Of a stretch of DNA of 64,000 nt, positions 59,234 through 64,000 are shown in pieces. The notes below the pieces were generated by a model, which was given only the letters and a program-made list of their open reading frames with translations, made no database searches and was not told the DNA's origin. A program made the translations under genes and the position numbers. Source of the stretch: Bacteroidota bacterium (GTDB lineage: Bacteria > Bacteroidota > Bacteroidia > Chitinophagales > Saprospiraceae); assembly GCA_963169455.1 (NCBI GenBank), contig CAUJDW010000044.1, positions 1,244 through 65,243 of the forward strand, given 5' to 3'. The stretch's first letter is position 1. Each line of letters starts with the position of its first letter.

Positions 59234-59896
59234 ATGGTAAGAATTGGTGTTGGCCTGTTCCTGTTTTTCCTGCTTCTTTCCTGCGGCGGCGGGCCTGATT
59301 CCAGCCTCCCGGAAAGCGGTCGCGACGGCAGCGGTGCTGTTGTGAGCGGGGCTGAGGCGCCGGGCCCTGCATTCGGGCAGGCTGAAGCCCGCCCCACTGT
59401 ACTCGTGCTGGGCGGAACCTTCTCTATAGCCAGGGGCCTCGACCCCGGCCAGGCCTATGCGGCTCAGCTGCAGGCCCTGCTGTTGGAAAAGGGCTCTCCC
59501 CTGAAGGTGCTCAACGCCAGCATCAGCGGAGAGACGGCCGCCGGGGCTGCCGAGCGCCTGCCCAGCCTGCTGGAACATCCGCTGGAGCAGGTGATTCTGG
59601 AACTGGGGCAGGCGGATGAAGCTAAGAAAACGGATGTATCGGCTTTTACCCGGGATGTAAATAAGCTGCTCCGGGGAATCCACACCCGTTATCCCGAAGC
59701 GCCCATCCTGTTGTTGCCGTCCGCCCGCAAAAAAAACTACATGCAAGCCATCTCCGAGGCAACCGATGGATTGGAAGGGGTTGCTGTATCCAACCTTTTA
59801 CTGGATGCCGGCCCGGCTGTCCGGCCGGATGATGCGGGCTTGCACCGGCGGATGGCGGAGGCCTTGTTTCTCGCAATGGAACAGGCTGGGAGGTAG
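59234..59896 (+). CDS. SGNH/GDSL-fold lipoprotein (TesA-like) with degenerate catalytic blocks
   Basis: Lipobox LLLSCGG. Block I GDSLS reads GGTFS. Block II NASISGET is kept. Block III GGND reads GQAD. Block V is DDAGLH. Confidence 0.65.
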   Translation: MVRIGVGLFLFFLLLSCGGGPDSSLPESGRDGSGAVVSGAEAPGPAFGQAEARPTVLVLGGTFSIARGLDPGQAYAAQLQALLLEKGSPLKVLNASISGETAAGAAERLPSLLEHPLEQVILELGQADEAKKTDVSAFTRDVNKLLRGIHTRYPEAPILLLPSARKKNYMQAISEATDGLEGVAVSNLLLDAGPAVRPDDAGLHRRMAEALFLAMEQAGR

Positions 59897-60131
59897 CGTA
59901 GGGCGCTGGTACAAAAGACAGAGCCTCAGGAGGTTTCTGGGTTGCCAGAAACCGGTTACTCCATCCTGAAATGTTCACGCCAGCTCCCTCTTTAACTGCG
60001 AAATGTAAAGAATTGAGCAAATGGCCCATTCCTGGCTCAATCAGGAGAAAAAGGCCTAAACAAGTCGTGGGGGACGGCCGTTAGTACCTCGAATTTAAAA
60101 TCATTTACCAACAAAATTAAAATGCATAAGC

Positions 60132-61091
60132 ATGAAGAAGTCACTGCTTTGGCTCACCAGTATTTTGTCTTTAGTATCCATTACCGTATTCACCTCCTGC
60201 GATAATGACGACGATGAGGTAACGACCCCCGCGATGCAAACCATCGTCGATTTCGCTTCCAGCGACCCCAACTTCAGCCTTCTGGTGGACGCTGTGGTGA
60301 AAGCCGAACTCGACGGCGTACTCAGCGGCGACGGCCCCTTTACGGTATTCGCCCCGACCAACGCCGCTTTCCAGGCTTTCCTGAATGCCGCAGGCACCAA
60401 TACGATCGAAAATACGCCGAAAGATGTTCTGGTGGCGGTACTGGCCAACCACGTCCTGAGCGGTGATGTCCGCTCCACGGCTCTCGCCACCGGCTATTAC
60501 AACACCCTGAGCGCCACCGGTTTCGGCGACGCCACGACGAGCATGTTCATCGAAGTGAACAATGGGGTGAAGATCAATGGAACTTCCAGTGTGACCAGTG
60601 CAGATAATGAAGTGGACAATGGCGTGATCCACGTCATAGATGCGGTTATCGCTCCGCCGACCATTGTGACGCTGGCCGTTGCCAACCCGAACTTCTCCAG
60701 CCTCGTGGCTGCGCTGACGCGCGAAGACCTGAGCATCGATTTCGTCAACGTGCTGAGCGGCGCCGGCCCCTTCACCGTATTTGCCCCGACCAATGATGCC
60801 TTCCAGGCACTGCTGGACAGCAATCCGGCCTGGAACAGCCTGAATGACATTCCGGCTGCGCTGCTGGAAACGGTGCTGCTGTACCACGTAACGGACGCCG
60901 GGAACGTTCGCGCAGGCAACCTGACGGACGGGCAGCAGGTCACCACGCTCGCCAGCGGCGAAACCTTTACCATCAGGCTGGACGGCCCGACGATCGAGGC
61001 GGGCAGCAACACGGCAAATATCATTGCAACCGATGTCCAGGCAACCAATGGCGTTATCCACGCCATCGATACGGTAATCCTGCCGGAATAA
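60132..61091 (+). CDS. Fasciclin (FAS1) domain lipoprotein, two FAS1 domains
   Basis: Lipobox VFTSC. The GPFTVFAPTNAAF/DAF motif occurs twice and the NGVIHVID/NGVIHAID motif occurs twice. Confidence 0.9.
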   Translation: MKKSLLWLTSILSLVSITVFTSCDNDDDEVTTPAMQTIVDFASSDPNFSLLVDAVVKAELDGVLSGDGPFTVFAPTNAAFQAFLNAAGTNTIENTPKDVLVAVLANHVLSGDVRSTALATGYYNTLSATGFGDATTSMFIEVNNGVKINGTSSVTSADNEVDNGVIHVIDAVIAPPTIVTLAVANPNFSSLVAALTREDLSIDFVNVLSGAGPFTVFAPTNDAFQALLDSNPAWNSLNDIPAALLETVLLYHVTDAGNVRAGNLTDGQQVTTLASGETFTIRLDGPTIEAGSNTANIIATDVQATNGVIHAIDTVILPE

Positions 61092-61099
61092 TCAACCGG

Positions 61100-62272
61100 C
61101 TAGCGGAACTCGCCGGCGGCTTCCATTTGCCGGAATTTGTCCCAGGCCTGTTCCGCCAGCATATCCGTCAATTTTTCGATATAGAAGCTGCCTGCACCGG
61201 GATCGACAGCCTGGTGCAGGTGGCTTTCCATTTTCAGGATGTGCTGCAGGTTGCGGGCTATGCGGCGGGTGAAGGCGGTGGAAGGCTCATTCAATGCCCG
61301 GTTGGAAGACAGCACGTAGAGCCGGTTGGCTCCGCCGATCACGGCCGACATGGCCTGGGTGCTGGCGCGGATCATGTTCGAATTGGGGTTTTCGTCCTGG
61401 CTTTCTTCGGCGAAGTGCGCCACCACAAAAGGCGCCAGCCCGGGAGCGCCGTAGCCTTTCATGACGTTGGCCCACAGCAGGCGCAGCGCCCTGAGCTTGG
61501 CGATTTCCACGAAGTAACTCTTGCTGATAGAGACGGCGAACTGCATGTGGGCGTTTACCGTTTCGGGAGGTATGCCCAGGGCGGTGAGCCGGGCCAGGTA
61601 TTCGCTGCCCTTGGCGATGGTGAAGGCCAGCTCGATGGAGCTGTCGTCGGGGCCGGAATGGAAGCGCTGCGCATTGGCCTGCAGGATGCGGAAGTTGGGC
61701 ATGTGCGACGCACAGTGTAAAATGAGTTCCGACAGCTTGTCGATGGGCGGGTTGCTCCAGTCCAGCAGCGGGTCGAAATCGATGGAGCCGCGGACGGAGG
61801 CCGGATTTACACCCTGTTTTTCGATCAGTTCGGTAAAATAGCGAAAGATGGCCCAGGGTTCGATGGCGGTATAGTGTTCTTCGAAATTGGCGGCGATCAT
61901 ATCCAGCCGGATATTTTCCAGCAGCTGGGCCATCTGGGGCCCGTCAACGGGTTTCTGGAGGCGGAACAGGGGGGCTTCCACGCCGCCGTTCAGGCCTTCC
62001 AGAGCCTCGGCATTGGCCTGGCGGAAGTCTTCCACTTCGATGTATTCGCCGGCCTCCCAGTCGTTATTCGGGCGATTGCCCTTCAGGGGAGGGTATTCGA
62101 AAGGCCCGTCTTCGGGGTGGTAAAAGGGAGCGAGTTCGATATTTTCCTCCAATTGCCACTGCAGGCCCTGCAGTGGTTTGCCTTTGAGGTCTTTTTCCAG
62201 TTGATTGAGCCAGGCCTGTTTGCTGACGGGTGGGAAGGCTTCGAAGAGCTTATCTGGTGTTGCCATAATCAA
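61100..62272 (-). CDS. Methylmalonyl-CoA mutase small-subunit-like protein (MutA-like), no adjacent large subunit
   Basis: The N-terminus FPPVSKQAWLNQLEKDLKGKP and the mutase barrel-like body. The call rests on remembered family resemblance. Confidence 0.65.
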   Translation of the reverse strand: MIMATPDKLFEAFPPVSKQAWLNQLEKDLKGKPLQGLQWQLEENIELAPFYHPEDGPFEYPPLKGNRPNNDWEAGEYIEVEDFRQANAEALEGLNGGVEAPLFRLQKPVDGPQMAQLLENIRLDMIAANFEEHYTAIEPWAIFRYFTELIEKQGVNPASVRGSIDFDPLLDWSNPPIDKLSELILHCASHMPNFRILQANAQRFHSGPDDSSIELAFTIAKGSEYLARLTALGIPPETVNAHMQFAVSISKSYFVEIAKLRALRLLWANVMKGYGAPGLAPFVVAHFAEESQDENPNSNMIRASTQAMSAVIGGANRLYVLSSNRALNEPSTAFTRRIARNLQHILKMESHLHQAVDPGAGSFYIEKLTDMLAEQAWDKFRQMEAAGEFR

Positions 62273-62316
62273 CGCGGGTTTAGGTAGGGAAGTTAGGGCA
62301 TTTTTCCGTCAGGCCC

Positions 62317-62348
62317 AAAAAAAAGGCAGAGAGCCTGAGCCCTCTGCC
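62317..62348 (-). terminator. Rho-independent terminator (minus strand)
   Basis: The minus strand reads GGCAGAGGGCTCAGGCTCTCTGCC followed by TTTTTTTT. Confidence 0.7.
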
Positions 62349-62428
62349 GATAGTCCTGTATGAGAAACCCTTTACAAACCTACTAAAACTCTTTATGTGT
62401 CGAAAAGACAATACAATTCAAACCATTT

Positions 62429-63628
62429 TCATTGGCCCGTGGCGCCCGCCTCCAGGCTGTCGCGGGCGAGGGAGCCTGTGCTGCTCATCGGGCGCCCCAT
62501 TTCCCCGGGCGCCGAATAAGCGGGGTTGCCTGGATAAGCATGATGCCCGAAGGGGAGTGGTTCCGAAGATTCGGGGCATTCCCCGTGCAGCATGATAAGC
62601 TGGGTGTGCTGCAGGACGTTGTCGCCGCAGCGGTCCGTCACGGTCCACTCCCGGAGGATGGTGCACAGGCCCTGGCTGGAGCCCGAAACATCTTTCCAGG
62701 AGATATCGAAAGGTGCGCGGCTGCCGATGAGCGGGAACTGGTCATCCGTGGTGGACAGCAGCCCGTCTTTATCGATCACCGGGTAGCCTGCCCATTCCGG
62801 GCTGACGGAGGCGGAGCGGTTGAGAACGGGGAACTCCAGCCCGTCGAAATTGCCCGGAAAGGTAACCAGGCTGATATCTGGCTTTTTGATGCTCACCCAT
62901 TGGGTGAAGGAACCCTGGCGGCCGGCCTCGTCTTCCGCTTTCCACTCCCTTTCGATAACGCCCATGGCGTTGCTGTGGAACTCGAAGTTCGCCACTTCGA
63001 TCCGGAAGCCTTCCTTGTCGGCGGAAGTGTTGAGCGCCAGCACGTCGCCGGCTTCGAGGGGGCCGAAGAAAAAGTTTCCGGCCGTGTTGCCTGCCTTCAG
63101 TTCGTCGGTGCGTTCGCCGTTGACGGCGATCCAAAAGGCCTTGTTAAAAAGATTGGAGCCCCCAATGTAACCCCAGTCGAAAGAAACGAACCCGTAGGCG
63201 GGAATGGCGACCCGTAAGGACGCCGCGCTTTCGGGCGCAACCACTACTGAAGCGCTATTAGCCCCTTCAACTAATAACGAATTGGGAGCTCCGGTGACAT
63301 CTACCCCACCGTCACCTTGTATCGTTGACACTGCCCAGCGGGACAGCGCGAAATATCCTTGAAAACCGGAAGCGGTACAACCGAGATTGAAGTATTGATC
63401 TTTGTGGGAAAGCGCTACTGCCGCACCGCAGGAGCTCAGAGCGACAGGGGGGATGAGTTCGGCGGTTTCCAGGCAGCTCACCGATTGGTGTATGCCATCG
63501 AGCTGGATGATGCAATCCACAACGCTATCCTGCCCCGGGAACGGCTGCGCCATGCCGGAGGCGCCCGCGATGCTCAGAAGCACGGCAGAATGGGCGATAA
63601 ATATGCGTGTAAGGATTCCGTTTTGCAT
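62429..63628 (-). CDS. Hypothetical secreted protein with an adhesin-type (HYR-like) Cys module, no T9SS CTD seen
   Basis: Signal peptide MQNGILTRIFIAHSAVLLSIAGASGMAQP and the module GLCTILREWTVTDRCGDNVLQHTQLIML. Confidence 0.55.
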   Translation of the reverse strand: MQNGILTRIFIAHSAVLLSIAGASGMAQPFPGQDSVVDCIIQLDGIHQSVSCLETAELIPPVALSSCGAAVALSHKDQYFNLGCTASGFQGYFALSRWAVSTIQGDGGVDVTGAPNSLLVEGANSASVVVAPESAASLRVAIPAYGFVSFDWGYIGGSNLFNKAFWIAVNGERTDELKAGNTAGNFFFGPLEAGDVLALNTSADKEGFRIEVANFEFHSNAMGVIEREWKAEDEAGRQGSFTQWVSIKKPDISLVTFPGNFDGLEFPVLNRSASVSPEWAGYPVIDKDGLLSTTDDQFPLIGSRAPFDISWKDVSGSSQGLCTILREWTVTDRCGDNVLQHTQLIMLHGECPESSEPLPFGHHAYPGNPAYSAPGEMGRPMSSTGSLARDSLEAGATGQ

Positions 63629-64000
63629 CGTATTCTCGTTTGAACCTCAGGTTTGAAGCCGGCGGCGGGCTCTGCCCGCCAGGAGACAGAAATTAGACGG
63701 GCTCTGGCCTTAGCGGCCACCGACAACACTGAAAAAAATCATCTGGAGAAAACAGGAAGGAATGCGATGCGTAACGCAGGAATGCCGGGGGACAGCAGGA
63801 ATTGCCTGGTTAGTCATGGGATTTGTCAGTTTAAGGGATTAATGAATTTGTTATTTCGGTGGATTTTGCCCTTGGGCTTTTTTAATCGGTTTTTTCCACT
63901 CGCAACAAAGATATGACTTCGAACCTACCAGCGCATACCATAAACAGGGTATTTTTTGTATTTATTGAAGTTTAAAGTGTTAAAGTTTCGGGCGGCTATA

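Overview
This is a 64-kb chromosomal window of about 60% GC with strong third-position GC bias, so real genes carry many long antisense 'shadow' ORFs. The gene content looks Bacteroidota-type: a T9SS/gliding core (porU-porV, porP/sprF, gldJ), several cargo proteins with T9SS C-terminal domains, two TonB-dependent receptors and TonB. I call about 45 protein genes, mostly housekeeping. They include dnaE, murF, a cysteine desulfurase with an A-type Fe-S carrier, a beta-oxidation pair, queG, dps, Cry-DASH, thioredoxin-fold proteins and a large sensor kinase. I also call one ncRNA (bacterial type-A RNase P RNA). I saw no rRNA, tRNA, CRISPR array, transposase, integrase or prophage, and no canonical defence island, so I cannot point to one clear novel system. 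The items most worth a second look are: (1) a copper-type module headed by a 33-codon Cys-rich micro-ORF missing from the ORF track, followed by a hairpin, a signal-peptide-less multicopper oxidase and an HMA-AraC regulator, with paired direct repeats upstream. (2) A contiguous 181-aa mini-intein inside dnaE. (3) A three-part fusion of a helical N-domain, a predicted pseudokinase and a C-terminal globin-like domain, at the end of a co-directional cluster with a Ser-less ACP-like gene. (4) A thiolase-like gene lacking both catalytic cysteines next to an intact FadB-like gene. (5) An SF2 helicase with a multi-pass membrane segment in its C-terminal third. (6) Two unusual tandem-repeat tracts and several operator-like palindromes overlapping Bacteroidetes-type promoters. 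All functional calls come from motif recognition by eye. No database search was run.
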